Notes: generated by a model not told the origin, from the letters alone. DNA of 64,000 nt from an uncultured Candidatus Rokubacteria bacterium (GCA_963747235.1 CAVVEU010000024.1:288001-352000), one strand, 5' to 3'. Positions 23,701-34,102 are shown, counted from the stretch's first letter. A program made the numbers and translations.

Positions 23701-24138
23701 CGCGCCGAACAGCGCCATGATCCCGTCGCCGAGCACCTGGTTGACCGTGCCCTCGTAGCGGTGGACCGCGTCCATCATGTGGGTCAGGATCGGATCGAGC
23801 AGCGCCCGCATCTCCTCGGGGTCGCGATTCCCGAGCAGCTCGAGGGAGCCCCGAATATCCGCGAAGAGCACCGTGATGTGCTTGCGCTCGCCCTCGATCG
23901 CCTCGCGCGAGCGGAGGATCCGGCGCGCGAGGTGCTGGGGGGTGTACCGGTCGGGTGTCGGGAAGGCCGAGGTCGGCGGGTCGGGCGCGGTGAGGGGGCG
24001 CCCGCACGCCCCGCAGAACCTCCGGTCCAACGGGACGGCGGCGCCGCACGCCGGGCACTTCGGGGCAAGACGGGTTCCACACTCCTCGCAGAAGTGCACG
24101 CCGTCCCGATTCTCGAGCCCGCAGTCGTCACAACGCAT
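20782..24138 (-). CDS. Double zinc ribbon + class III nucleotide cyclase + STAND/AAA ATPase + TPR-like repeats
   Basis: Four CxxC pairs; VLFADIRGS, LGDGIMALFG, RIGLNSG; Walker A GEPGVGKS, Walker B VVVDDLHWAD; EGNPFFLEE; helical repeats. Confidence 0.93.
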   Translation of the reverse strand: MRCDDCGLENRDGVHFCEECGTRLAPKCPACGAAVPLDRRFCGACGRPLTAPDPPTSAFPTPDRYTPQHLARRILRSREAIEGERKHITVLFADIRGSLELLGNRDPEEMRALLDPILTHMMDAVHRYEGTVNQVLGDGIMALFGAPLAHEDHAVRACYAALEMHEAVTRHRETLPPSAAMDVRIRIGLNSGEVVVRSIGSDLQMDYTAVGQTTHLASRMEQLARPGTTYLAAPTRRLVEGFVETRSLGPVPVKGLAQPIDVFELVGVGPARTRLQAARARARTAFVGRAGELGDLARAAASAHAGHGQVVAVVGEPGVGKSRLVSEFITNHLGAGWRVVESGTVFYGRPVGSPAAVDLVRGYFRLNDDDDAERIQDKVARGLEALGALVPAVRDAIVALLSIPVDEPAWQALEPSQRRQRTLDAISGVLLRHSRTEPVCVVVDDLHWADAEAQSLLDRLVDRLPAARVLLLATYRPEYQHGWGNRSYYTQFPIEPLRRGEAEHLLDNLLGASPDLADIKRLLIERTEGNPFFLEECVRDLVEKGTLLGERGAYQRAGATSKIEVPPTVQSVLAARIDRLPVAERQLLQAAAVIGKDVPLGLLEASMGSSVEDLVAALRHLQDAELLYDAGLLMSPEFTFKHVLTHEVAYGTLLADRRRAIDGRVVEASERLYPEPTTEQIERLAHHAFRGERWDKAVRYCREAGVRAFARSATRAAVPYFDQALVALGHLPRTAVTTELAIDLRLDLRYALMPLGEYPRVFEHLSEAGSLAREAGDRRRLGLVSAFLTNYYHLIGDVDRSIESGREALAIAEQTGDRQTEILANAALGLTYYVVGDYPQAIAVSRRNVGLLQGPLQREHFGSAPLPSVYSRTCLAWSLAELGNFVEGAAVAREGLAIAEAAAHSVSLVYACLGRGGLALREGDLGVAIPTLERAFALCHDAEIPMFASLIAPSLTSAYVLADRAKDALEMLERAGRQAASIGDPVERRTGAGALSEAYMASGRATAALPLARRYLEQRRTLKARGFEAWALRLLGEVLAQQDPPEHAEAESCYAQALAIARPLRMLPLEALCHLGLGRVYYKLDRGPDAERELSRAGAMFEELGMTFWSGRLARECR

Positions 24139-24159
24139 GACGCGGTGTCCCGCCCGGGA

Positions 24160-24234
24160 ACAGTAGTCCCCGGGCGGGGATCAGTCAAGCGGCCGGGCGG
24201 CCTGCTTGACTCGACTGGAGACCCCCCCTACACT
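24160..24234. promoter_or_regulatory. Back-to-back divergent sigma70-type promoters
   Basis: Minus: TTGACT(24188-24183)-17-TACTGT; plus: TTGACT(24206-24211)-17-TACACT; the -35 boxes form the inverted repeat AGTCAAGC...GCTTGACT. Confidence 0.65.
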
Positions 24235-24280
24235 CCGGGCTGCCCCGCCCCCGTCCTCGAGGCTCGAGGAGGAAATCTCG

Positions 24281-27200
24281 ATGGAGAATCTGGCCCGCGT
24301 TCAATGGGAGCTTCTCGAACGGCTCACTCGTACCGATCCCGCGCTGGAGGTTGCCTGGGACGATGAGCGAGGAGTGGCCTCGTCGATTCGAGGTACGCTC
24401 GCGCGACCGGTAGAGCGCCGGACGCCCGCCCGCGCGGTGCGGGAGTTCCTTCGAGCCTACGGTAGCCTGTTCGGCCCGCCGCGCCTGGTCTGGCAGCTCC
24501 AGCCGCTCCGGCCGCCGGAGCGGGATGACCTCGGCTGGACACGGCTCGAGTACCAGCAGTACTTCGCGCCCGGCCGCGGGCGGGCTCTCGAGGTGTACGG
24601 GGCTCACCTGGTGGCCCACGTGACCGACGACGGCGCGCTTCGCGAGATCCAGTCGGGCTGCTGGCGCGACGTGAAGGTGCCCGCCCGGCCCCGCATCGCG
24701 CGGGCGGCCCTGCGCCGGATCCTCGCGGCGCCGAATGCCCCGGGCTATCGGGAGCTGGAGGCGCGCATGAGGCGCCGGGGCGAGCGGAGCTTTCCCATCA
24801 TGCAGACGCCTCGGCTCGTCATCTACTTCTGGCAGGACCGGTTCCGATTGGCGTGGACGACGTACGCGTATGCGCCGACCACCACGACCCACGACCAAGC
24901 TCGCGGCTCCCAGGGTCTCGTGCTCGGCCAGGTGTTCGTCGACGCGGTGAGCGGTGAGCGATTCCTCTTCGCGCCGACGGGCATGCACGCCGAGCATGCG
25001 GCGACCGGCTCCGGACTGGGTGTCACGTCGGCCGCCGGGGGAGGCTTCGTCGTCCGCAACCTCAACGTGGTCCGGGTCGATGCCACGAGTACGCATCGGC
25101 TACGGGACACGACCCATTCCCGCGACATCATCACCTACGACCTGGCCGCCAATCCGGACTGGGCTAGCATCTCCGCCATGGCAGTGGCGGTGACCGGTGG
25201 GACCCCGGCCCTGACGGTGTCCGAGAACACCACCGGCAGCAGCTGGAATCGAGTCGCGGCGACGGGGTCGCCTGCGGTCTCTCGCGTGAATTCTCAGCAA
25301 CCCGAGGTCGACGCGCACTTCTTGGTCTGCGACGTCTACGAGTGGTACGACACACTGTCCGGTGGCCGGAAGGGCTGGGACAACGGGAAATACCCCAAGA
25401 CCAAGGTTCCGGCAAAGCTTCCGGTGCGCGTGGCCACCCACGTCGACCCGCAGCTCAAGGTCAACGCCGGGTTCGACAAGGGGCTGATCGGCGGAAAGTG
25501 GATTCCTTTCCTCATGTTCTGGGACGGCGATCCGGAATTGCACTGCGGGTCGCCCGACAACCGCGCGGTCGACTACCTGGCCGGTCTGGGGAACGTGGTG
25601 GCGCACGAGTATCAGCACGGGATCACCGCCTTCTCCTTCATCGATGGCGGCAAGAACCCCGGCCTTGGCTACGTCGGCTGGGCCGCCGCGGTGCACGAGG
25701 GCCTCTCTGACGTCTTCGGCTGCCTCGTATCGGACGTGTGGACCTGGGGCTCGGAGATCTCTCCGGCCGGCCTTGTCTTCCGCAACGCGGCTTTTCCGCG
25801 AGACGCGACATCCTGGGAGAACCGGCCGGGGCCGATGCCGTGCGGGCGGGGCCACCACAACAAGGACCACTTCGACGATCGCGTGCCGCTCCCCGACACC
25901 GAGTTCGGAGAGCAGTACGACAACGGGACGATCCTGGCCCACACGGCATTTCTGATGGCGGCCGGCGGCGTGCATCAGCGGGCGTCGCGATCTCCGGCCG
26001 TGATCCCGGTGCAGGCCCTCGCCAAGGAGACCCTCGGGGGGCGCGAGTTCTCCCGGGCGGCCCGCATCTGGTACCGCGCCCTCACCACGTACCTTGCCGC
26101 CGACGTCAACGCGATAACGAATCGCGCGACCCTGGACGAGAAGATGTTTCAGCAGATACGCAACGGGTGCGTGAAGGCGGCGACCGACCTCTACGGGGCG
26201 GCCTCCGTGGAGCGAAAGACGACCGAGCTCGCGTTCTATGCGGTCGGACTGCAACCGACGGCGAGTGACTACGGGGCCGACGTGACGTGCATGCCCCCGG
26301 CGCAGGAGTGGAGTCAGTCCAGGCCCTACCTCGGCGGGATCTACGGAACCTGTCCCGATTGGGTGTCGGTGGATCTCTTCGTCAACAACGATGGCGCCAC
26401 GTCGGAGTGGAACGCCCTGGTCAACGTCATCGACGGCGGGGGTAACCCGACCCACTTCGAGAACACGGTCTACTGCCGCGTGCGCAACCTCGGCGATCTT
26501 CCCGCCCAGAGCATTCTGGTGAGCTTCTTCTATGCCCCTCTGAGCACGGCGCCGATGACCTGGTTGCCGGTGACCGATAAGAACGGGATCGCCCAGACGC
26601 TCTCCCTCTCCGGCCTGGCGGCGGGAGCCTCGAGCTTCCCGGACGCGAGCCAGTCAACGCCGCCCGCGACCGCTGGCGTCAAGTGGGACATCCCGCCGCT
26701 GGCGCCGGGTGCGACCGTCGCCAACTTCTGCCTGCAGGCCCGGCTGACCGGGGCGGACGTGAACTCCTTCAACAACGAGGTGCAGTCTCGCATCGCGTAT
26801 GTGCGCTACACGCCCGGTACTCCGATCCGCCTCGGATTCGCGGTCACCAATCCATTTGCGAAGGCGATCCGCTCGACCCTCTCCTTCTCGGCGGACCTCC
26901 CCGCCGGCTGGCAGGTGAGCCTCGGCGCCGCTGCCTCCGAGTTCGGCCTGGAGCCCCGGGAGGAGATCGAGAGAGAGATCGTGATCAAGATGCCGGCGGG
27001 CGCAGATCGTCAGCTCACCGCCCCATTCGACGGCGTCGTCCAGGGTGAGCTTCACGGGCCCCTTTCCGGCTCATGTCGCGGCGCGCTCACCGATACGAAG
27101 CTCGACGGCTCGACGCTGACCGGACGGGTGGCCCTGGAGCTCGCGTCGATCGGACCCGTCCAGGGCACGTTCACCGGGGGCGTGGACCTGGTCACTGGGG

Positions 27201-27490
27201 CGATCGCGGGCACCATCGTGGCATCGCTGCAAAACGCGGCGACCGGCGAGAATCAGCCGGAAGGCGTGGGGCTGGCCGGCCGGCTGCGCCCGTGGCGGAG
27301 GGTTCATGTGAGCCACATGAGTGACGGGGCTCGCATCGGGGGACTCACCTTCCAGATCCAGGGTGCCACTTCCGGAGATCTCGATGCGGCGGTGATGCCG
27401 GGCACCGCGACCCGGGTAGGGACGGAGTCCCCGCCGGACCGTCCGGCTAGCCCGAAGCGCACTCGCCGAGCCCACGCCAGAACTCAGTGA
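24281..27490 (+). CDS. M4 (thermolysin-like) zinc metallopeptidase with propeptide and C-terminal beta domains
   Basis: GAGGAGG RBS; FTP/PepSY-like N-terminus; EVDAHF, FWDGD, VVAHEYQHG (HExxH), VHEGLSDVFG, RIWYRALTTYL. Confidence 0.88.
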   Translation: MENLARVQWELLERLTRTDPALEVAWDDERGVASSIRGTLARPVERRTPARAVREFLRAYGSLFGPPRLVWQLQPLRPPERDDLGWTRLEYQQYFAPGRGRALEVYGAHLVAHVTDDGALREIQSGCWRDVKVPARPRIARAALRRILAAPNAPGYRELEARMRRRGERSFPIMQTPRLVIYFWQDRFRLAWTTYAYAPTTTTHDQARGSQGLVLGQVFVDAVSGERFLFAPTGMHAEHAATGSGLGVTSAAGGGFVVRNLNVVRVDATSTHRLRDTTHSRDIITYDLAANPDWASISAMAVAVTGGTPALTVSENTTGSSWNRVAATGSPAVSRVNSQQPEVDAHFLVCDVYEWYDTLSGGRKGWDNGKYPKTKVPAKLPVRVATHVDPQLKVNAGFDKGLIGGKWIPFLMFWDGDPELHCGSPDNRAVDYLAGLGNVVAHEYQHGITAFSFIDGGKNPGLGYVGWAAAVHEGLSDVFGCLVSDVWTWGSEISPAGLVFRNAAFPRDATSWENRPGPMPCGRGHHNKDHFDDRVPLPDTEFGEQYDNGTILAHTAFLMAAGGVHQRASRSPAVIPVQALAKETLGGREFSRAARIWYRALTTYLAADVNAITNRATLDEKMFQQIRNGCVKAATDLYGAASVERKTTELAFYAVGLQPTASDYGADVTCMPPAQEWSQSRPYLGGIYGTCPDWVSVDLFVNNDGATSEWNALVNVIDGGGNPTHFENTVYCRVRNLGDLPAQSILVSFFYAPLSTAPMTWLPVTDKNGIAQTLSLSGLAAGASSFPDASQSTPPATAGVKWDIPPLAPGATVANFCLQARLTGADVNSFNNEVQSRIAYVRYTPGTPIRLGFAVTNPFAKAIRSTLSFSADLPAGWQVSLGAAASEFGLEPREEIEREIVIKMPAGADRQLTAPFDGVVQGELHGPLSGSCRGALTDTKLDGSTLTGRVALELASIGPVQGTFTGGVDLVTGAIAGTIVASLQNAATGENQPEGVGLAGRLRPWRRVHVSHMSDGARIGGLTFQIQGATSGDLDAAVMPGTATRVGTESPPDRPASPKRTRRAHARTQ

Positions 27491-28711
27491 CTGACCTCGC
27501 GTGCTCGATGGTGACCTGCCCGGCCTTGACCACGAGGCGGCACGGGGCGAGAGCCGCCACCACGTCCTCGGCGCGCTCGGCCTCCCAGATCACCAGGTCC
27601 GCCCGGCCGCCCACCGCCAGGCCGTGGTCGGGCAGGCGCAGGATGCGCGCCGGATGGGTGGTCAGCATGTCGAGCACCTGGCCCAGCTCCGGGTCGGCGC
27701 CCATGTGCGCGGCGACGCCCAGCAGGTAGCCCATCAGCGGGAGCCCCGCGGTGCCGAGCGGGGTGAAGGCGTTGCGCACGTTGTTGGTCGCCGCGGCCAC
27801 CGTCACGCCCGCCGCGAGCAGCCGCTTGACCGGCGCGATCCCGCGGCGGACGGCGCGCACGTCCTTGCGCCCCATCAGGTAGAGATCGGTCGCGGGCAGC
27901 ACGATGACCGCGACGCCCGCCCGCGCCAGGACGCGGGCCACGCGCTCCTGCTCGTCGGGGGGCAGCGCGGCCATCTCGCTCATGTGGCCGAGCGCCACTC
28001 GGCCCTGCCAGCCGCGCCGGATCGTCTCCTCCGCGATGTGCAGGGCGTGGAGATGCTGGGGCTCGTCGAAGAAGTCGGTGTGGAAATCGACGTCGACGCC
28101 GAACTCGGCCGCGAGGTCGAACACGATCGCGACGTGCCGGCGCGCGTCGGTGTCGTTGTAGGGGACGCCGCCGACCAGGTCCGCGCCCATGCGGAGGGCC
28201 TCGCGCAGCAGCGCCTCGGTGCCGGGCATCTGGAGGATGCCTTCCTGGGCGAAGGCGCAGAGCTGCAGGTCGATCGCGGGGGCGTACTCGCGCCGGAGCG
28301 GCAGGATCGCCTCGAAGCCCATGAGGCCGACGATCGGGTCCACCTCCACGTGGCTCCGCATCGCGGTGGTGCCCTGGCGCACCGCCATGTCGAGCACGCG
28401 CCGGGCCCGGTCCGCGATGTCCTCGCCGGGTGAAGCCGCGCTTGGCCTCGCCGGTCACCCGGATCGCCTCGGCCACGGTGCCCATCGCGGCTCGGCGCCC
28501 GCGCGCCCAGCAGCGCCTTGTCGAGATGCATGTGCGCATCCACCAGCCCCGCCGTCACCACGCGCCCCTCGCAGAGCGATCTCGCGCCCCGCGCCCGCGC
28601 CCGGCGAGCGCCCCGATCTCGACAATGCGCCCATCACGGCAGCCGATATCGGCCACCTGCCCATCCGGCAGCCGGCAGTCGAGAAGCAGCAGATCGAACG
28701 GACTCCGCCAT
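27447..28711 (-). CDS. Amidohydrolase, cytosine/creatinine deaminase-like (several apparent frameshifts in 28430-28705)
   Basis: LVDAHMHLDK, GTTAMRSHVEVD, AFAQEG, DFHTD, NNVRNAFTP. Confidence 0.85.
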
Positions 28712-28754
28712 CCGCGTTTGGGGGAGCGCGGGGGCCATTTCCGGGCCCCCGCAT
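28711..28754 (+). repeat. Palindromic intergenic repeat, copy C
   Basis: TCCGCGTTTGGGGGAGCGCGGGGGCCATTTCCGGGCCCCCGCAT. Confidence 0.88.
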
Positions 28755-28777
28755 ACGGAGGCGGGTCGCGCCAGTCG

Positions 28778-30142
<1,365 letters not shown>

Positions 30143-30150
30143 GGGTCGGC

Positions 30151-32394
30151 TCAGGCCTGCACGGGCGCGGCCACCGGCCGGCCCGCGGGCAGCTCGATCA
30201 CGAAGCGGCTGCCGTGCGGCGCGTTGTCTTCCACGCGAATCGTCCCGCCATGGTCGGACACGATCTGGTGGACGATCGGCAGCCCGAGCCCCATGCCGGT
30301 GGCCTTGGTGGAGAAGTAGGGCATGAAGAGGCGCTCGCGGTCCTCGGCCGAGATGCCCGGCCCGTCGTCGGTGACCACGATGCGCACCCGGTGCGACTCG
30401 GGCAGCCACGCGGTCTGGACGCAGACCTCGCCGGTGCCGCCCACCGCTTCCACCGCGTTGTCCACCAGGTTGAGGACCGCGCGCTTGATCTGGTCCGGGT
30501 CCACCTCGATCGCGGGCAGGTCCGGGGAGAAGGCGGAGCGGATGGCCAGGCTCGGGTGCGACTCGCGGTAGAGCACCACCACGCCCTCGAGCAGCCGCGC
30601 CAGGTCGGTGGGCTTGGGCGTGAGCGCGGGCATGCGGGCGAAGCGCGAGAACTCGTCCACGAGCTGCCGGAGGCCTTCCACCTCCTGGATGATGGTGGCG
30701 GTGGCTTCTTCCAGGAGGCGCTTCTCATCCGGGCTCCGGTCGGTGGTGAGCCGGCGCCGGAGGCGCTGGGCCGAGAGCTGGATGGGGGTGAGCGGGTTCT
30801 TGATCTCGTGCGCGATGCGCTGGGCGACCTCGCGCCAGGCGGCCAGGCGCTGCGCCTTCAGCAGCTCGGTGAGATCGTCGAACGCCAGCACCATGCCCAG
30901 GTAGGCGCCGTCGGGCCCGCGCAGCGCGGTGGCGGAGGCGAGCAGGGCCACCGCCTGGCCGCCGCGGCGGAGATGCACCTCGCGGTCGAGCGAGCCCTCG
31001 CGCCCGCGGCCCATGCGCTGGATCAGCGCGTCGATCTCCGCGTACTCCGGCGAGCGGAACACCCGCGCGACGGGCCGGCCCTGGATCTGGGCCGCGGTCA
31101 GGCCGAGCAGGCGCTCGGCGGCGCCGTTGATGGTGGTGACGTGCCCCTCCGCGTCGAGCGACACCACGCCGGTGGCCACCGCCTCCAGCACGGTCTCGGT
31201 GTAGCGGCGGCGGTCTTCCACCTCGCCGTGCTTGGCCTGGAGGTCCTTGTAGGTCTCCTCCAGCTTCGATTGCGAGGCGGCGAGGTCGCCGGTCATCCGG
31301 TTGAAGGAGTCCACCAGGATGCCGATCTCGTCGTCGGCGCGGACCGTGACCTTGTAGTTGAGGTTGCCCGCCGCGACCTCTCGAGTGCCCTCGGCCAGCA
31401 TCTGGATCGGCTCGGTGATGCCGCGGGCCAGGTAGAGGCCGAACCAGGTGGCGGAGAAGACGATGATCAGGGTCATCAGCAGGAAGAGCAGGATGTAGAT
31501 GCCCTTGATCGGGTTCTTCAGCAGGCGGAGCTGCTTGTACTCCTGGAAGGCCTGGCTGATGTTGCGCAGCCGCGCCTCGAGGCGCTGGGGCACGTGGATG
31601 GCCACCACGATCGCGGCGGGCACCGGGTGGTCGCCGTCGCGCACCGGCACCATCGCCTGGATCATGTCGCCGTTGTCCAGCTCGTGGACGGTGGTGATCT
31701 CCTGGCCCGTGAGCGCCTGCCGCACGTGCTCGTTGTTGGCCTCGCGGGTCGGCACCGCGGCGAGCACCGGATTCTTGACGTGCACCAGCTCCTGCCCGTC
31801 ACGGTTGAAGACGGTGATGGCGGCGACGCCGAGGCGCTCCTGCTGCTCGGTCAGGTAGCTGGCCAGCGCCTCGCGCTTGCTCTCGGCGAGGAGCCCGTCG
31901 CGCTCGATCACGCGGCCCATGTAGCGCCCGTGGCGCAGCGCGGTGGTCTCGAGGCTCTGGTAGTAGGTCTGCGCCACCTCCATGGCCTGGTCGAGCGGCT
32001 TCTCGACCTGCGGCTTGAACCAGCCCTCGATGGAGGTGGTGATGAAGTTGGACGCGATGAGGAAGATCAGGATGCCGGGCACCAGCGACAGGGCCAGGAA
32101 GGCGAGGACGAGCTTGGCCTTGAACTTGGAGCCGATGATCTTCTGCCGCCGCTCGAAGGAGAGCTTGACCAGGTTGCGGAAGAGCAGGACCAGCAGCAGC
32201 AGGAAGACGATCAGGTTGAGGTTGAAGAGGAAGAAGACGATGAGGTTGGAGGCGAACGGGATCTGGGGCGCGCGGATGCCCACCTCGAAGACGGTCGCCA
32301 CCACCAGGAGGACCAGGATCCCGGTGATGATGAGGAGGTTCCGCTTGCGCTTCTCCTGCTCGTCCACTCGATCCGGCCGGGGCGCGAGCGGCAT
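30151..32394 (-). CDS. ntrY: NtrY-like membrane sensor histidine kinase (HAMP, PAS)
   Basis: N-terminal TM helices, AWREVAQRIAHEIKNPLTPIQL, PYFSTK, GMGLGL. Confidence 0.9.
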   Translation of the reverse strand: MPLAPRPDRVDEQEKRKRNLLIITGILVLLVVATVFEVGIRAPQIPFASNLIVFFLFNLNLIVFLLLLVLLFRNLVKLSFERRQKIIGSKFKAKLVLAFLALSLVPGILIFLIASNFITTSIEGWFKPQVEKPLDQAMEVAQTYYQSLETTALRHGRYMGRVIERDGLLAESKREALASYLTEQQERLGVAAITVFNRDGQELVHVKNPVLAAVPTREANNEHVRQALTGQEITTVHELDNGDMIQAMVPVRDGDHPVPAAIVVAIHVPQRLEARLRNISQAFQEYKQLRLLKNPIKGIYILLFLLMTLIIVFSATWFGLYLARGITEPIQMLAEGTREVAAGNLNYKVTVRADDEIGILVDSFNRMTGDLAASQSKLEETYKDLQAKHGEVEDRRRYTETVLEAVATGVVSLDAEGHVTTINGAAERLLGLTAAQIQGRPVARVFRSPEYAEIDALIQRMGRGREGSLDREVHLRRGGQAVALLASATALRGPDGAYLGMVLAFDDLTELLKAQRLAAWREVAQRIAHEIKNPLTPIQLSAQRLRRRLTTDRSPDEKRLLEEATATIIQEVEGLRQLVDEFSRFARMPALTPKPTDLARLLEGVVVLYRESHPSLAIRSAFSPDLPAIEVDPDQIKRAVLNLVDNAVEAVGGTGEVCVQTAWLPESHRVRIVVTDDGPGISAEDRERLFMPYFSTKATGMGLGLPIVHQIVSDHGGTIRVEDNAPHGSRFVIELPAGRPVAAPVQA

Positions 32395-32981
32395 CACTGG
32401 CTCCGCACCGGGGTGAGGAGGCTCGACTGCACCCACGGCGTTTCCTCGGCCTCGCCGGTCATGCGCGCGAACCAGGAGTTGACGCCGCCCAGCGAGACGT
32501 CGGAGCGCACCCGCACGTAGTAGAGCTCCTGCTTGTCGAGCGCGGCGACCGGCGCGAGCTGGCCCACCCGGAGCTCGGAGATCACGCGCTGGGCCTCGCG
32601 CAGGTCCTTGGTGAGCAGCGGCTCGCGCTGCTCGCCCTTGAGCGGCACGACCTTGTACTCCTTGGTGAGCACGTTGTAGGTGAGCTGGCGCTCCACCATG
32701 CGCGCCTGCAGGCGCCGGTCCACGCCCATGCGGGTGTGCTGCCAGAGCTCGACGTAGTACCGCACGTGGGCCGCGATGCCGGTGTGGAGGCTCTCATGGA
32801 GCGTGCCGGGCACCGCCCCGAACAGGACCACCGTGACCGTCACGTCGTAGTCGTTGAGGAAGACCGCGAGGTTGCTGATGCGGACCTCGGCGTCCGCGGC
32901 CGGCGCGCCCAGCAGGACGGCGGCGAGCAGACCGGCGGCGAGGGCCAACGTCCGGATCGAACGGCGGGGGCAAGTCCTCAT
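32394..32981 (-). CDS. Exported protein, DUF4390-like
   Basis: Signal peptide (ADA); QLTYNVLTKEY motif; position upstream of ntrY. Confidence 0.75.
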   Translation of the reverse strand: MRTCPRRSIRTLALAAGLLAAVLLGAPAADAEVRISNLAVFLNDYDVTVTVVLFGAVPGTLHESLHTGIAAHVRYYVELWQHTRMGVDRRLQARMVERQLTYNVLTKEYKVVPLKGEQREPLLTKDLREAQRVISELRVGQLAPVAALDKQELYYVRVRSDVSLGGVNSWFARMTGEAEETPWVQSSLLTPVRSQ

Positions 32982-33082
32982 AGAGCAGCCGGACCATTAT
33001 AGCGTCCGGCCCTACGAGCAGGGCGCTTCGGCCTTGGGCGCTCCGGGGGGTCGGGAAGAGGGGGAGCGGGATGGGTGGCGGC

Positions 33083-34003
33083 CTACAAGGCCGCGACACC
33101 CGGGAGGAACCCGTCGCCGGCGGCCACCCGGGCGGGGACTTGGCGGGTGGCGCGCGCGGCAACCCGCCGGCGGTCGGCCGCCAGGGCCTTCTGGATCGCG
33201 GTCACGAGCTGGTAGTTCAGGGCGTGGCCCGCGTTGCGGCCCACCACGTGCGCCCGGATCGGCCGGCCCAGGAGGAACAGGTCCCCGACCAGGTCGAGGA
33301 TCTTGTGGCGGACGAACTCGTCGGGGAAGCGCAGGCTGTCGTTGAGCACCGAGCGCTTGCCGACGACGATCGCGTTGTCGAGCGAGCCCCCGCGGGCCAG
33401 GCCGTTCTGCCGCATGGCCGGGACGTCCCGGAGAAACCCATACGTCCGGGCCGCGGCCAGCTCGTCGCAGAAGACCTCTTCGGTGATCCCGAAGGTGCCC
33501 GCCTGCAGCCCGATGATCGGATGGTTGTTGTCGAGGGTGTAGCTGACGCGGAGCGAGTCCGCCGGCAGCACCTCGATCCAGCGACTCTCGGTTCCCACGC
33601 GGATCGGCGCGCTGATCGTGATCGGACGGCGAGGGGTCGTGAGACTCGCCCGCCCGGCCGAGCGCAGCAGGTCCACGAAGGGTTTGGCGCTGCCGTCCGC
33701 CGCGGGCACTTCCGGCCCGTCGATGTCCACCATCAGGTTGTCGATGCCGAGCGCCGCTGCCGCCGCCATGAGGTGCTCGATGGTGCGCACGCGCACGCCG
33801 AAGGCGCCGACCGTGGTCGCGGAATTGGTGTCCACGACGTGATCGGCGTTCGCGGGGATCAGGGTGCCATCCGCGGCCCGGAACAGGATCCCGGTATCGG
33901 CCGCGGCGGGGGAGACCGTCATCTTGGCCATCTCACCCGAATGCAGACCGATCCCGTCGAGGCTTACCGGGCGTCTGACGGTCTGCTGGGCGTCCATGAC
34001 CAC
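33083..34003 (-). CDS. lpxC: UDP-3-O-acyl-GlcNAc deacetylase
   Basis: GIGLHSG, TIEHL, DGSA, ARTYGF, RHKILDLVGD, AGH; start GTG 34003 or ATG 33997. Confidence 0.96.
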   Translation of the reverse strand: MVMDAQQTVRRPVSLDGIGLHSGEMAKMTVSPAAADTGILFRAADGTLIPANADHVVDTNSATTVGAFGVRVRTIEHLMAAAAALGIDNLMVDIDGPEVPAADGSAKPFVDLLRSAGRASLTTPRRPITISAPIRVGTESRWIEVLPADSLRVSYTLDNNHPIIGLQAGTFGITEEVFCDELAAARTYGFLRDVPAMRQNGLARGGSLDNAIVVGKRSVLNDSLRFPDEFVRHKILDLVGDLFLLGRPIRAHVVGRNAGHALNYQLVTAIQKALAADRRRVAARATRQVPARVAAGDGFLPGVAAL

Positions 34004-34014
34004 GTCCCTACTAG

Positions 34015-34030
34015 GCAAGCAAGGTGCCAG
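34015..34030 (-). promoter_or_regulatory. sigma54 (-24/-12) promoter of lpxC
   Basis: CTGGCAC-CTTGC-TTGC, matches TGGCAC-N5-TTGC. Confidence 0.8.
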
Positions 34031-34102
34031 CCTGGATAGAGACGCGTAACATGCCGATTGAATTGCCATTCTAAGTCACCAGGCAATTCGGATGCTATGT
34101 AA

